A stretch of 37,536 bases of DNA from Promethearchaeota archaeon (lineage in GTDB: Archaea > Asgardarchaeota > Lokiarchaeia > Sigyniarchaeales > SOKP01). Every line of letters begins with the position of its first letter. Position 1 is the stretch's first letter. The stretch lies in assembly GCA_029838195.1 (NCBI GenBank), contig JALGVJ010000035.1, forward strand, positions 1-37,536, written 5' to 3'. Under the pieces are notes generated by a model. It had not been told where the DNA came from. It saw only the letters and a program-made list of their open reading frames with translations, and did no database searches. Of this stretch, positions 1 to 9,749 are shown in pieces. Position numbers and translations under genes: made by a program.

Positions 1-374
1 AAGCGTCGTTATTGTGCTTATATTTCCATGAGTGAGATGAAATCGCCATGTACATGATGCGAAAAAAAAATTTAAGGGAGAGGAAAAAATATAATGAATT
101 ACATATTAAATGTTTATAAAAAAAAAGAATCGCCACTTTTTTAATCCAATAAATAATTTTTACTTATGATGAGAATAAAATCTTTAAAAAGTTTAATAAT
201 CCAAGTTTTAAAATATCTATTTTTTTTCAGTTAATATGATCCGAGATATGGGTGGTTCAAGCGTTTAAATAAACGGTCATGATTCTCAAAATTAAAAAGA
301 TTTTTATCCTTTATTCATGAAAAGGTATTATCATAAATTCTATATCTAATAATGAACTTTATATGTAGAAAAAA

Positions 375-968
375 ATGATCTTTTTCATCCAGTCCAATAC
401 GGTAAATATTAATAATTATACAATTAAAGATATTCCAGGCTCTACTGGAAGATTAGACGTTATTTCAAGATGTATTTTAGCTGCTTTACTAAATAAGGAC
501 GATTTCGAGCTTCAAAATGAAATTTGGGTTTTTTTAAAGAATTATGGAAATTTTATTTTTAAACCTAAAAAATTTAATTATGCAATTTTTCCTAAAAATG
601 AACTCCTATTAACAAAATATTTTGTAAAAATTATTAAAAATGAGTGTTTATATGGGGAAACGAAATTAAATCCTCTCCATAATATCGAAAAAATTAAGGA
701 GGACATGGTAACTTCTATCCACCATTTTATCACAAAAGGATTCAAGATTTATGTTTTATTAGAATCGGGAATTCCTATATATCAATTTGATAGAAAAGAA
801 CTTTTCCGAGAGGATACCCTATTCATTATCGGGAGTCAAGTAGGCATGACTTTTGATTATACTCAATTTTCTTCTAATGACATTACTCCTTTAAGTTTAA
901 ATAATAAATCTTACTTAGCCTCTTCGGTAATTCGGCTTATTACGGTATTAGCCAAGATATCAGAATAA
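375..968 (+). CDS. trmY: tRNA (pseudouridine54-N1)-methyltransferase, SPOUT family
   Basis: N-terminal DIPGSTGRLDVISRCILAAL matches the TrmY signature DLPGxxGRLDxxxRC; LxExG and FIIGSQVG SPOUT knot motifs; about 200 aa. Confidence 0.8.
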   Translation: MIFFIQSNTVNINNYTIKDIPGSTGRLDVISRCILAALLNKDDFELQNEIWVFLKNYGNFIFKPKKFNYAIFPKNELLLTKYFVKIIKNECLYGETKLNPLHNIEKIKEDMVTSIHHFITKGFKIYVLLESGIPIYQFDRKELFREDTLFIIGSQVGMTFDYTQFSSNDITPLSLNNKSYLASSVIRLITVLAKISE

Positions 969-1029
969 AAAATTTTTTATGTTAACTCTCGTTAATTCAA
1001 ATGAGAATGGAATAAAAAAAGGAAATACT

Positions 1030-1695
1030 ATGAACAGGTCGGAAGAACTTTCGGATAAAAGGAAAAAACAAAAGGAATTAATAAGCAAAATAATTGATAA
1101 ACCTGTTAATTTTTTAATTAAACACGATTTCACGCCAAATATTCTCTCTTTTTTAGGATTTTTGTGCATTCTTGTCTCAGCCATACTCATCTCGCTTGGA
1201 TTCATTCATTATAGATTTTGGCTATCTTGGCTCGTTCCATTTTTCCTTCTTTTAGGGGGCGTTTTTGACGTATTTGATGGAGAAGTGGCAAGAAGGACTG
1301 ATAAAGAATCTAATACGGGAGCATTCTTGGATTCAAATTTAGATCGAGTATCTGACATCATTATTATTTTAGGTTTAATTTTAGGGGGGCTCCTTCATTT
1401 TTTACTTGCATTTGTCATCATGTTTTTAATTATTATGATTTCCTACACGCGCGCTAAAGCAGAAAATCAAGGCCTTAATATGCAAGGGATTGGGTTCCTC
1501 GAACGAGCAGAACGATTAATTCTATTAACTCTTGCATTAATCATCGAAAGTTGGATATATAATCTTACGAGGATTTTCTTGCAAACCCCGGTCATGATTT
1601 TTTTCCCAATTTTCATGATAATTTTTACCTTCTTACTATTATTTACATTAGGACAGCGGATTTATTTCTGCATCATTAAACTTATTCATTATTAA
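1030..1695 (+). CDS. CDP-alcohol phosphatidyltransferase (archaetidylinositol phosphate synthase-like)
   Basis: TPN motif, DVFDGEVAR...GAFLDSNLDRVSD family signature, SYTRAKAE and GFLERAER motifs; ORF is open from 979 but ATG 1030 has an upstream AGGA. Confidence 0.88.
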   Translation: MNRSEELSDKRKKQKELISKIIDKPVNFLIKHDFTPNILSFLGFLCILVSAILISLGFIHYRFWLSWLVPFFLLLGGVFDVFDGEVARRTDKESNTGAFLDSNLDRVSDIIIILGLILGGLLHFLLAFVIMFLIIMISYTRAKAENQGLNMQGIGFLERAERLILLTLALIIESWIYNLTRIFLQTPVMIFFPIFMIIFTFLLLFTLGQRIYFCIIKLIHY

Positions 1696-1906
1696 TTTCT
1701 TCAAATCATCTTTCTAATGGGAAAAGAGGTTTCTCTTGAATTTTTTATATTTCAAAATTACATGAATATTATAGCTATTAATTATTTTTTCCCTCTTACT
1801 AAGAAGGCGCTTGGAGGCAAGAAGATTGGAAGAAGTTAATAAAATTTTTTAGGTTTAGAAAACTAATTAACTTTAGAAAAAAACTCAAATAAAAAAATTT
1901 CAAAAA

Positions 1907-1911
1907 GAGGT
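1907..1911 (+). promoter_or_regulatory. Shine-Dalgarno-like GAGGT 7 nt upstream of the eS26 ATT start
   Basis: aaaaaGAGGTaatagatATTcct read directly from the sequence. Confidence 0.6.
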
Positions 1912-1918
1912 AATAGAT

Positions 1919-2194
1919 ATTCCTAAAAAACGAAGGAGCGGAGGTCATACTGGTTCTTCAAAAGGAAATTACGGAAAAGTACAATGTTCAAATTGTGGGC
2001 GATTTGTTGCACGTTCTAAAGCGAAAAAATTTACAACTAAAAGTTCCTTGATTGATAGCCGAATGTATAAAGAGCTTAAGAAAGAAGGAACGATAATTTT
2101 AGGTGGTACTACCAATAAATATTATTGTATTTCTTGTGCAATCCATAAGGGTAAAGTAGCTCAGAGAGCAAAAGTTGAAAGAAAAGGACCGTAA
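1919..2194 (+). CDS. rps26e: 30S ribosomal protein eS26 (S26e), 91 aa, non-canonical ATT start; not in ORF track
   Basis: Manual translation: (M)PKKRRSGGHTGSSKGNYGKVQCSNCGRFVARSKAKKF...YYCISCAIHKGKVAQRAKVERKGP*. It has the MPKKR start, CxxC...YCxSCAIH zinc ligands and length of eS26. No ATG/GTG/TTG between in-frame TAG 1874-1876 and the Pro codon. Confidence 0.93.
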   Translation: MPKKRRSGGHTGSSKGNYGKVQCSNCGRFVARSKAKKFTTKSSLIDSRMYKELKKEGTIILGGTTNKYYCISCAIHKGKVAQRAKVERKGP

Positions 2195-2216
2195 TTTTCT
2201 TTCTTTTTGTTTTTTC
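2195..2216 (+). terminator. Oligo-T archaeal terminator after rps26e
   Basis: ttttctttctttttgttttttc directly after the stop, between convergent genes. Confidence 0.45.
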
Positions 2217-2219
2217 CGC

Positions 2220-4223
2220 TTAAATATTTAATTGCTTGAAAAAAGTAGGCAGAGTGTAAATAATCTCACAGTAATTTTTTTCTATGATTTCAATTATAGC
2301 GCGAATTAAAAACGTTTCTCTCACATCGGGATCTGGTTCATAAATTTTTACTTTTGCTCCTGGTTTTATTTTTAAGGAATAATTTTCCGCAACGCCTGTA
2401 ATGAGCTCATCGGTCCTAATTAAAATCCCTAATAATCCTAATTCATAATGCGAAACAATAAATAGGATTGGTTCTCCCGCTTTTTCTTTCTTTTCTATGT
2501 GAACCACTTCGAGATAATCATTTTGAAGCTCTTTAGGCAAGTTTTTATATGAAATTGTTTTTCTTTTTCCTTTCACGTGAGGAAAAGGTTCATAAAATAG
2601 TTTGTTAAACCCCGATATTTTTTTTATTTGTTCATTATATTTTTCAATATTTTTTACGGAATAAGCCTTATCTAATAATCGATCTAAATTTATTTCCATT
2701 TCATCCATACTATATCCATCTAAAACGGTTGATATGTAAGCCCTTTTCAATTTTTCAATTAAAATTTCACTTTTTAAATCCAAATTATAATCTATAGAAA
2801 TTTCTAAAGCTTGATTATAAAGATTAGTAGCAATTTGAGAATGTCCTAATGCGAGAAAATAATCTCCTAAATCGGTAAAGACGATTATCGAATCTAAAAA
2901 ATTCTCTTCCAGATTCATATTTGAAATATCTTCCATGATTGCCATGGCGGCTCTTCTATCATCGTCATCTTCTCCTCCTTGAAGATATAAAGCAATGGCT
3001 TTCCCAATCAAGCATTTTAATTTAAGCTTGTCATCATGATAAATTTCTGCTAATTCTTCCGTGAAATTGTATTGTTTAATTGCCTCATCAAAAAAAGAAT
3101 GAAAGAGAAGAATTAAAGCTTTTAAATAATTTAGCGTGAGGCAAGTGGGATAATTATGGATGATGGTAGAGAATAGAGCTGCTCGTTCCAATGAATCGAT
3201 AGAAGTGCTGATACGTCCTAAAGAAACTAGCAAAAAAGATCGGAGAAACTCCATCTTAGAAATTTCTGAACAAATCAATTGTTCCACGATTTCATAATCA
3301 CTGGTTTTTTCTAACCGTCCAGAAGCTAATTGCAAAAGGGAGATTAAAAATCCATTTCCTTTCTTTAGAAATGTAACGGCTTGTTTTGTTTCATTTTTTA
3401 TTATAGAGTCTCTTGCTCTTTTTACATACTCTCTTGCTATTTTTAAATTTTCAAGGAAAATTATTATATTTTGAATCATTTCTTCTTCGCTTTGGGGTAA
3501 ATTTTGGTTTTCTAAAAATTTCTCAGCAATAGAAATTTGTTCAGAGAATTTTTTAATTCCAATCTTGAATTCCACCGTTTTATCCCGAATTAATCGAGAA
3601 TCTTGCGTGATGATGGAATCTTCCGTAACAGCTACCGCTCGTTCAATAAGCCATTGAATTTTTTGCTCTGCTGGATAAATATTAGAGCGTTCAATCATGT
3701 AAGAAAGAGTATAATTTAAACTTTTCTTCCAAATATTTTTAAAATAATTTCTCCTCACTTTTTTTATAGTAGTTCGCTGGATCTTAAGAAGAAAACTAGA
3801 TAAAGATAGAGTATTTATTTTCCCATGATATAATAAATTGGTATTTTTTACTAATTTAAAATCATCAGTAACTAAATGGACGGCGCTTGAATTAGTACCC
3901 TCCCGGAGTAATTTTTCCGCCAAAACAATTAAACTTAAATCAGGATCTTGAGCTGGAAATCTTATATTGAAAGATTTTAGTTGATTTTTTATTTTTTCAA
4001 TCTCATCATCTTGAATTTCATGAATTTTCACGACCTCTTTAAATTCTTCTAAAAATGAGGATGATGCTTTAATTTCATGAAAAACTCGTTTGGAAATGTA
4101 ATAATCGTATCCTAATTCCACTCCTACCTTTTTTAAATTATTTAAAAAATCTTTCGCGTGGATGGAATTCATGCAAATAAAGAAATTAGCATCAAATATT
4201 ATCTTCTGTTTTTTTTCCGACAT
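2220..4223 (-). CDS. PIN-domain (Nob1/VapC-like) nuclease fused to TPR-like helical repeats and a C-terminal beta domain
   Basis: IIFDANF, VFHEI, DPDLSLIVLA and LVTDDFKL supply the PIN acidic tetrad; central TPR-like segments such as LGDYFLALGHSQIATNLYNQAL. Confidence 0.7.
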   Translation of the reverse strand: MSEKKQKIIFDANFFICMNSIHAKDFLNNLKKVGVELGYDYYISKRVFHEIKASSSFLEEFKEVVKIHEIQDDEIEKIKNQLKSFNIRFPAQDPDLSLIVLAEKLLREGTNSSAVHLVTDDFKLVKNTNLLYHGKINTLSLSSFLLKIQRTTIKKVRRNYFKNIWKKSLNYTLSYMIERSNIYPAEQKIQWLIERAVAVTEDSIITQDSRLIRDKTVEFKIGIKKFSEQISIAEKFLENQNLPQSEEEMIQNIIIFLENLKIAREYVKRARDSIIKNETKQAVTFLKKGNGFLISLLQLASGRLEKTSDYEIVEQLICSEISKMEFLRSFLLVSLGRISTSIDSLERAALFSTIIHNYPTCLTLNYLKALILLFHSFFDEAIKQYNFTEELAEIYHDDKLKLKCLIGKAIALYLQGGEDDDDRRAAMAIMEDISNMNLEENFLDSIIVFTDLGDYFLALGHSQIATNLYNQALEISIDYNLDLKSEILIEKLKRAYISTVLDGYSMDEMEINLDRLLDKAYSVKNIEKYNEQIKKISGFNKLFYEPFPHVKGKRKTISYKNLPKELQNDYLEVVHIEKKEKAGEPILFIVSHYELGLLGILIRTDELITGVAENYSLKIKPGAKVKIYEPDPDVRETFLIRAIIEIIEKNYCEIIYTLPTFFKQLNI

Positions 4224-4380
4224 TTTATAATTTCAATTTGTAATTACATTTTTTTTTGTTACTTTGAATGTAATGAAAAAAATCAAATCATTTAATCTTT
4301 TTTTTTTAATTAATTTGAGGTTTGATCAATTGTTCTTAAGATTTTTCTGAAATCGAGTATATTTTCAAGGGAGGTTTAAA

Positions 4381-4887
4381 ATGAAGGTAATCTGTTTCAT
4401 TGGTTATTCCGGAAGTGGAAAAACACATCAAATTTTAAATATTATTAGATTATTAGATGAGAAATTTAATTATAAAGCTTGCGTGATTAAAAACATCCAT
4501 GAACATCCCATTGATAATATAGGAAAAGATTCCTATCGTTATTCAGAAAATGGGGCTGCTTTTTCAATTACCAGAAATAAATTTAATGAAACAGCAATTT
4601 ATATCAGAAATAATCTATTCATCCCAGAATTAGTAAATTGGATAAAAAAAGGCCCTTTTCCGTTTCACGTGCTCATCATGGAAGGCTTTAGAAACACGGC
4701 GTTTCCTACTGTTCTTTGCGTGAAAGAGGTATCTGAAATAGAAGAACAATTAACGGACAAAGTTTTAATGATATCCGGACGGATTTGTGAAAGAGCATCA
4801 CGACGTATAATCCCGGGTTTAACTTGTCCTTGTTTTGATATTGAAAAGAACTTTTCCGAATTCATTAAAATTTTTAATTTACCCTAA
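4381..4887 (+). CDS. mobB: Molybdopterin-guanine dinucleotide biosynthesis protein B
   Basis: IGYSGSGKT P-loop, IKxxH, GKDSYRY...GA and LIMEGF motifs; GGAGGT SD at 4370-4375. Confidence 0.85.
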   Translation: MKVICFIGYSGSGKTHQILNIIRLLDEKFNYKACVIKNIHEHPIDNIGKDSYRYSENGAAFSITRNKFNETAIYIRNNLFIPELVNWIKKGPFPFHVLIMEGFRNTAFPTVLCVKEVSEIEEQLTDKVLMISGRICERASRRIIPGLTCPCFDIEKNFSEFIKIFNLP

Positions 4888-4903
4888 AATATTGGATTTT
4901 CCG

Positions 4904-6862
4904 TCATTCTACGTATTTCCAAAAAGGAGCAAGCAGCTTGCACGCGGTTTTAACTCTCTTAATGAGTTGTTTATCAGTAACTCCTTGTAATAAGAATTCA
5001 TGTAATGCTTCATAAATTTCAATTTCATTGGAGGTATTTTGTACTAAATCTTTAACATGTAATATAAAATCATTAAATGGGATGATGATTTTATTGATTA
5101 ATTCCTCTTCAAAATATCGTGGTTTTATGAAAGATTGAATGTTATGAAATAACATGATACTCGTTAATTCATTTACTGAATAAAAACGTTGTTCGGGTAT
5201 GACCATGTTTTCCTTTAATTCTGTTAATAAATTTATTTTATTCAAGCTTATGAGATAATCGGGCCATAAATCATCGGAAATATTTAAAGCTTGAAAGAAA
5301 AACAATTCTAATACTCTTAAAGCAATATTTTTTCCAATATATCGACTGCGAGGATCAATGAAATTCTTAGAAGCTTCGTCTGGACTCTTTCTAATGAATA
5401 TTTTATCAATAAGAACATATAAAATCCGGCATAAATCGCTAATAACGCCTTCAAAAGTAAATTTTCCATTATATGATTCATCCGATAACTCCTTATTTTC
5501 TTGCTCAACGAGATTGAGAACGGATTTATTCAAACTATTTAAAAATGCTTTTAATAACTCGTTGTTTAGATTAAAAACCTTCATTCCCGTTATTTTTTGA
5601 AAAATGAATGTTATGTCATGCTCATCATCAAATAATTTAGAAAAATAATTCATGAAATTATTAATATTATTAATGGTCTTTGCATTGATTATTCGATGGT
5701 GCCCGTTAGAATTGACTTGATTTATCTTTTTTTTAAAAATTTCAGGGAAAAATAATAAATTCCCTACTTCTAAACCCTCTAATCCCGAACTAAAATAATA
5801 TTTAATAAAGAGTAAAAATAGATTCAATTGAGATTTTTCTGAAGGTAGATTATTAGCTTGAAACGTGCTATATAACGTGCTTTCTTTATCTATAAACTTA
5901 AAAATTCTTAGAATTGCATTTTTTTCCCCGGTTGTATATTCTAAATGATTCAATAAATGTTTTTTTATGATTTCTTCTTTAGAAAAAATAGAATCTTCTA
6001 CTCTTGAGCATACGAAATTTAGAAAATCTAATAGAGGGCTTATATTTTGTAAGATTATGCACTTTTTATAAAAATAATAAAATAAATCAAGTAGTTTTGA
6101 TTTGGCATGAGGATATTGTTTTAGAGCAAATTGAAACAATCGCTCTCTTCCGACTAGCAATTTCTCAAAATAAGATTCTGGAATCCCCTTGAAAGGTCTC
6201 AAAAAATAATAAAGATCTTTATAAAAATAATACTGAAATGGCTCATCCATGGAATCTCTTCCTATAATTAAAAAATGAATATAATTTCTATTATTCTCTT
6301 GTTTTAAAATTGCTGCTTCTAATACTATGAACAGATTCTTTTTAATTATTTTTCTTAAAATAATTCCAAAAATAGAAGTCGCAAAAAATAAAAAACCAAA
6401 AGGAAATAAAATTCCATATAATTGGTCCTTTAACTCATCTAAGGTTTTTTTATAAATTTTTTCAATTTCATGGGTGATATAATATTTATACTCAAAATAA
6501 ATATCTGTATCTGAAATTCGTTCAATGGATATAAGTTCCATGGATTGAACATCAAGGCCGTAAAAAATCTTAAAGTAACTCATATAAAATTCATGAAAAT
6601 GCTCTAATAAAAAATTCGTATAAGATTTCGGTAAGAGCCTTTTATGATTTTTTACATTAAACTCATGCCATTTTTTATATATATCTTTCTTGAATTTTTT
6701 CAGATATTCCTTCTTCTGATTTAAAATTTCGAAAAAGAACTCCTTTTCTTCATTAAAACTCTTTGCTTCTCGTTTACTCCTTTCAATTAAAAAATTTATG
6801 GTGTTTTTTAGCTCTGTATTAATCACTTTTTCTCTTTTTAAAAGATCGTTTAAAATAATCAA
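4904..6862 (-). CDS. Hypothetical protein, 652 aa, predominantly helical
   Basis: Long uninterrupted ORF, TTG start uncertain, no motif recognised. Confidence 0.7.
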   Translation of the reverse strand: MIILNDLLKREKVINTELKNTINFLIERSKREAKSFNEEKEFFFEILNQKKEYLKKFKKDIYKKWHEFNVKNHKRLLPKSYTNFLLEHFHEFYMSYFKIFYGLDVQSMELISIERISDTDIYFEYKYYITHEIEKIYKKTLDELKDQLYGILFPFGFLFFATSIFGIILRKIIKKNLFIVLEAAILKQENNRNYIHFLIIGRDSMDEPFQYYFYKDLYYFLRPFKGIPESYFEKLLVGRERLFQFALKQYPHAKSKLLDLFYYFYKKCIILQNISPLLDFLNFVCSRVEDSIFSKEEIIKKHLLNHLEYTTGEKNAILRIFKFIDKESTLYSTFQANNLPSEKSQLNLFLLFIKYYFSSGLEGLEVGNLLFFPEIFKKKINQVNSNGHHRIINAKTINNINNFMNYFSKLFDDEHDITFIFQKITGMKVFNLNNELLKAFLNSLNKSVLNLVEQENKELSDESYNGKFTFEGVISDLCRILYVLIDKIFIRKSPDEASKNFIDPRSRYIGKNIALRVLELFFFQALNISDDLWPDYLISLNKINLLTELKENMVIPEQRFYSVNELTSIMLFHNIQSFIKPRYFEEELINKIIIPFNDFILHVKDLVQNTSNEIEIYEALHEFLLQGVTDKQLIKRVKTACKLLAPFWKYVE

Positions 6863-7016
6863 AAATATATTTTATTATAATTGTAGTATTAAAATATGAA
6901 AATAAAAATCTTAGGATATATATTTTCTCTCTCCATGGATGCCCCCTCTTCTCTAAAAAATTTATTAAATACCGTTAAAACGTGATTTAAAAAAGCACAT
7001 GATGTTTTCTTTTTTA

Positions 7017-8063
7017 TTAATAGATTTTAAGTATTTCGTCAATTTCTGTATAATTTAAGGCGCTAATGTTCCCATTAGAATTTTTAATTAATAAACCCTT
7101 TTTCTCTGAAATAAAATTTCCGATCTTACAAGCAAGTATATCATGATTTGTTAATAATTCAATGAGTGAGGTTGATTTTTCGTCATTTATTGCAATTAAT
7201 AAAGAGCCTGAGGAGATGGTATTAAGAGGGTTCAAATTAAATACTTTACTAAGTTCTTGAGGTTCAGATAATACTGGAATTTTCTCTTCCTCAATTAACA
7301 CTCCAACATGAGAGGCTCTTGCTAATTCGGCTATACCGCATGCCACCCCCCCTTCTGTAGGATCATGAAAAGCTTTAATTTTGAAATTTTCATGGGCTAA
7401 GCGCGCTTCTTTAAAAATACTAATACCTGGCGTAAACAAGTAATTCTTACATTTATCAATGAAATCCTCGTGAAATCCCTTCTCTCGTAAAATAGCCTCT
7501 TTATCCCTTGCGATGATCGACGTTCCCTCTATAAAAATCCCTTTCGTTAAAATTAACGCATCTCCTTCCTCTACTCCCGAACTAGTAACTAAATCTTCTT
7601 TCTTTACTTCTCCCAACAAGGACCCTACTATAATCGGTTTTTTTAAACCTGTAGTGATCTCCGTGTGCCCCCCCACAATGGAGATATTAAATGTTTTGCA
7701 TGTATCATGAATATCTTTAAAGATTTTCTTTACTAAATTTTCATTGGTTTCTTTTTCAGGTAATAAAATGGTTGATTGAAACCATTTTGGAATCGCTCCC
7801 ATGCAAGCCACGTCGTTTACATTGATATTCACAACATAATAGCCAATTTCCTCCGTGGCAAATGTTATAGGATCGGTTTTTGCGACTAAATATTTATGTC
7901 CCATATCTATAACTGCTGCGTCTTCTCCTACTTTACTTCCTAAAATCACTCGCTCATCTTTTAGCTCAAGATCTTTAACGTGCTCCGATATCAGTTTCTC
8001 TAAAAATTTATGCCTTAATTTGCCTGTTTCCAAATCCTTTTTTTTCGAATTCATTGATAACAT
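7017..8063 (-). CDS. AIR synthase (PurM/HypE-like) family protein
   Basis: GEDAAVID, TDPIT, NDVACMGA, GGHTE, HDPTEGG and ISSGSLL motifs; lacks the HypE C-terminal PRIC. Confidence 0.85.
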   Translation of the reverse strand: MLSMNSKKKDLETGKLRHKFLEKLISEHVKDLELKDERVILGSKVGEDAAVIDMGHKYLVAKTDPITFATEEIGYYVVNINVNDVACMGAIPKWFQSTILLPEKETNENLVKKIFKDIHDTCKTFNISIVGGHTEITTGLKKPIIVGSLLGEVKKEDLVTSSGVEEGDALILTKGIFIEGTSIIARDKEAILREKGFHEDFIDKCKNYLFTPGISIFKEARLAHENFKIKAFHDPTEGGVACGIAELARASHVGVLIEEEKIPVLSEPQELSKVFNLNPLNTISSGSLLIAINDEKSTSLIELLTNHDILACKIGNFISEKKGLLIKNSNGNISALNYTEIDEILKIY

Positions 8064-8168
8064 AAAGTTATGGATTATTTTTAAATACGAAGCTCTTCCT
8101 TATAGCTTTTCTCGTAAACATGAATTCCTTTTCACATAATGATAGAAAAGGCGAATTGTGAATACTCC

Positions 8169-9749
8169 TTAAAAAGTGTTCAGAATATCATTGCGTCGCG
8201 AAACGAATAATTGATAAAACCACTCAATTATGTATTGATAAAAAAATCTCTCTTTTAATACGTCATAGTGCGACTTACCTCGCAAGCTAGTTAATTTAGC
8301 AACATCCTCAGCTTTAATTTTTCCTTCTAAGATTAAATTCATTCTACACTTAAATTGATCCACTAAATTTATTGGCCTGAGAATGATCGTAATGGCATCC
8401 GAAATCTTTTTCATCAATACATCGAGTTCCTCCAAGATTTCCTCCCGAATGGCTTCTCCCTCTTCCCATAAATAATTTTTTATCTCTTTAAGTATTTCGC
8501 CCCTCCTGTAGATCGTAATCCTTTCTTTATCATTTAAAATTTCAAGCAAATACGTGTTTATCTTTTCTATAACTGAAGGGGGCATGTTAAACTTCATGAG
8601 TTCTTTCCTCAATCGGTTTAGAAATTGCATTTTTAAGAATTGCTTGTATTGAACGATAATGGCATCATTTTCGCGGCGATCTGAGCAAATTTCCACGAGC
8701 TCCCCTCTTGGCGTGCTATATGTAAATCCATGCCCTTGAGGACCAAGCCCACCTAGAAGCACCATGGATATGCATAAAAAATTATAGTTTTTACATGAGA
8801 TAATCTTTTTATAATTTTTCCTCAAATTTAAGGGAGAAATGAGATGACACTTATATTCAGAATTTTTAATTTCGAGTTGAAACATTGAAAATCTTCTATA
8901 TTCATGCTCAACTTCAAACTCAACAAAATCCTCTTCATTCTTTAATAACTTTTCCTTGTTATTAATATTCCATTTCGATTCTAATTTTTTCTTTTGATAA
9001 TAATCCTTGAATTCTTCAATGAATTTTTTAATAGAACCCAGATTCTTGACGCTTAATCCGTAGATTGCATATTGATTAAAAAAGATCTCCTTCACGTAAT
9101 GAATTAAAGCATGAGGCTCCGGAAAATAGGGATTGGGATTATGAATGAAAAAATCATATAATAGGCCGGGTAGCTCTTTTCTTACATGATAGATGAGAAA
9201 ATCGGATACATTGTCAAATAAATCTTTTAAATTAGCCATGAATAACGGATCTTTTTTAAGCTCTTGAATTATTTTCATGTCATTCTCCGTTACCTTCTTC
9301 TCTAAGAGCCCAAATTTATTATAAAAGCGAATGATATCAATTATATCCCCTAATCGATCTGTTTGATAAGATTCACTCACGTCTATTAAACAATCTCTAA
9401 TGTTTTCCGATAGAATCTTCAAGCGATTTAGAATCTTATCTGGAGCCAAGAAAATATTAAAATTGCTAGCAATTTTCAATAAATCCTCAAAAAATTCAAA
9501 TTCATTCTCACTTAAACATTTTGACAAGAACTCATGAAATGTAATTTCAAACGCTTCTCTAATCTCTAAATTGCCTGGAAATTCAAGAAAATAAAGCACG
9601 TCCTCCCGTTTTAAATCATCAAGTAAAAGCTGAAAATACTTAAAATTTCCTGTATTAAGTGTCTCTTTCATTAATTTCACTATACACTCCTGAAATAATA
9701 CCTTCTCTTGAGGACTCTTTAAATGGCTTTCTGAAAATATTTTTAGCAA
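8169..9749 (-). CDS. Hypothetical protein, 526 aa, with a Gly-rich central motif; reading frame may extend to ATG 9818 through an in-frame TAA
   Basis: Long ORF; SMVLLGGLGPQGHGFTYSTPRGELVEICSD stands out from the helical background. Confidence 0.7.
   Translation of the reverse strand: MLKIFSESHLKSPQEKVLFQECIVKLMKETLNTGNFKYFQLLLDDLKREDVLYFLEFPGNLEIREAFEITFHEFLSKCLSENEFEFFEDLLKIASNFNIFLAPDKILNRLKILSENIRDCLIDVSESYQTDRLGDIIDIIRFYNKFGLLEKKVTENDMKIIQELKKDPLFMANLKDLFDNVSDFLIYHVRKELPGLLYDFFIHNPNPYFPEPHALIHYVKEIFFNQYAIYGLSVKNLGSIKKFIEEFKDYYQKKKLESKWNINNKEKLLKNEEDFVEFEVEHEYRRFSMFQLEIKNSEYKCHLISPLNLRKNYKKIISCKNYNFLCISMVLLGGLGPQGHGFTYSTPRGELVEICSDRRENDAIIVQYKQFLKMQFLNRLRKELMKFNMPPSVIEKINTYLLEILNDKERITIYRRGEILKEIKNYLWEEGEAIREEILEELDVLMKKISDAITIILRPINLVDQFKCRMNLILEGKIKAEDVAKLTSLRGKSHYDVLKERFFYQYIIEWFYQLFVSRRNDILNTF

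Noticed and set aside
1-55. Possible minus-strand gene start (MYMAISSHSWKYKHNNDA) running off the window
   Set aside because: Too short to support, and no recognisable motif
7017-8063. Selenophosphate synthetase SelD, HypE or ThiL
   Set aside because: No N-terminal Cys/Sec-x-x-Lys motif and no C-terminal PRIC; only the generic AIR-synthase family call is supported
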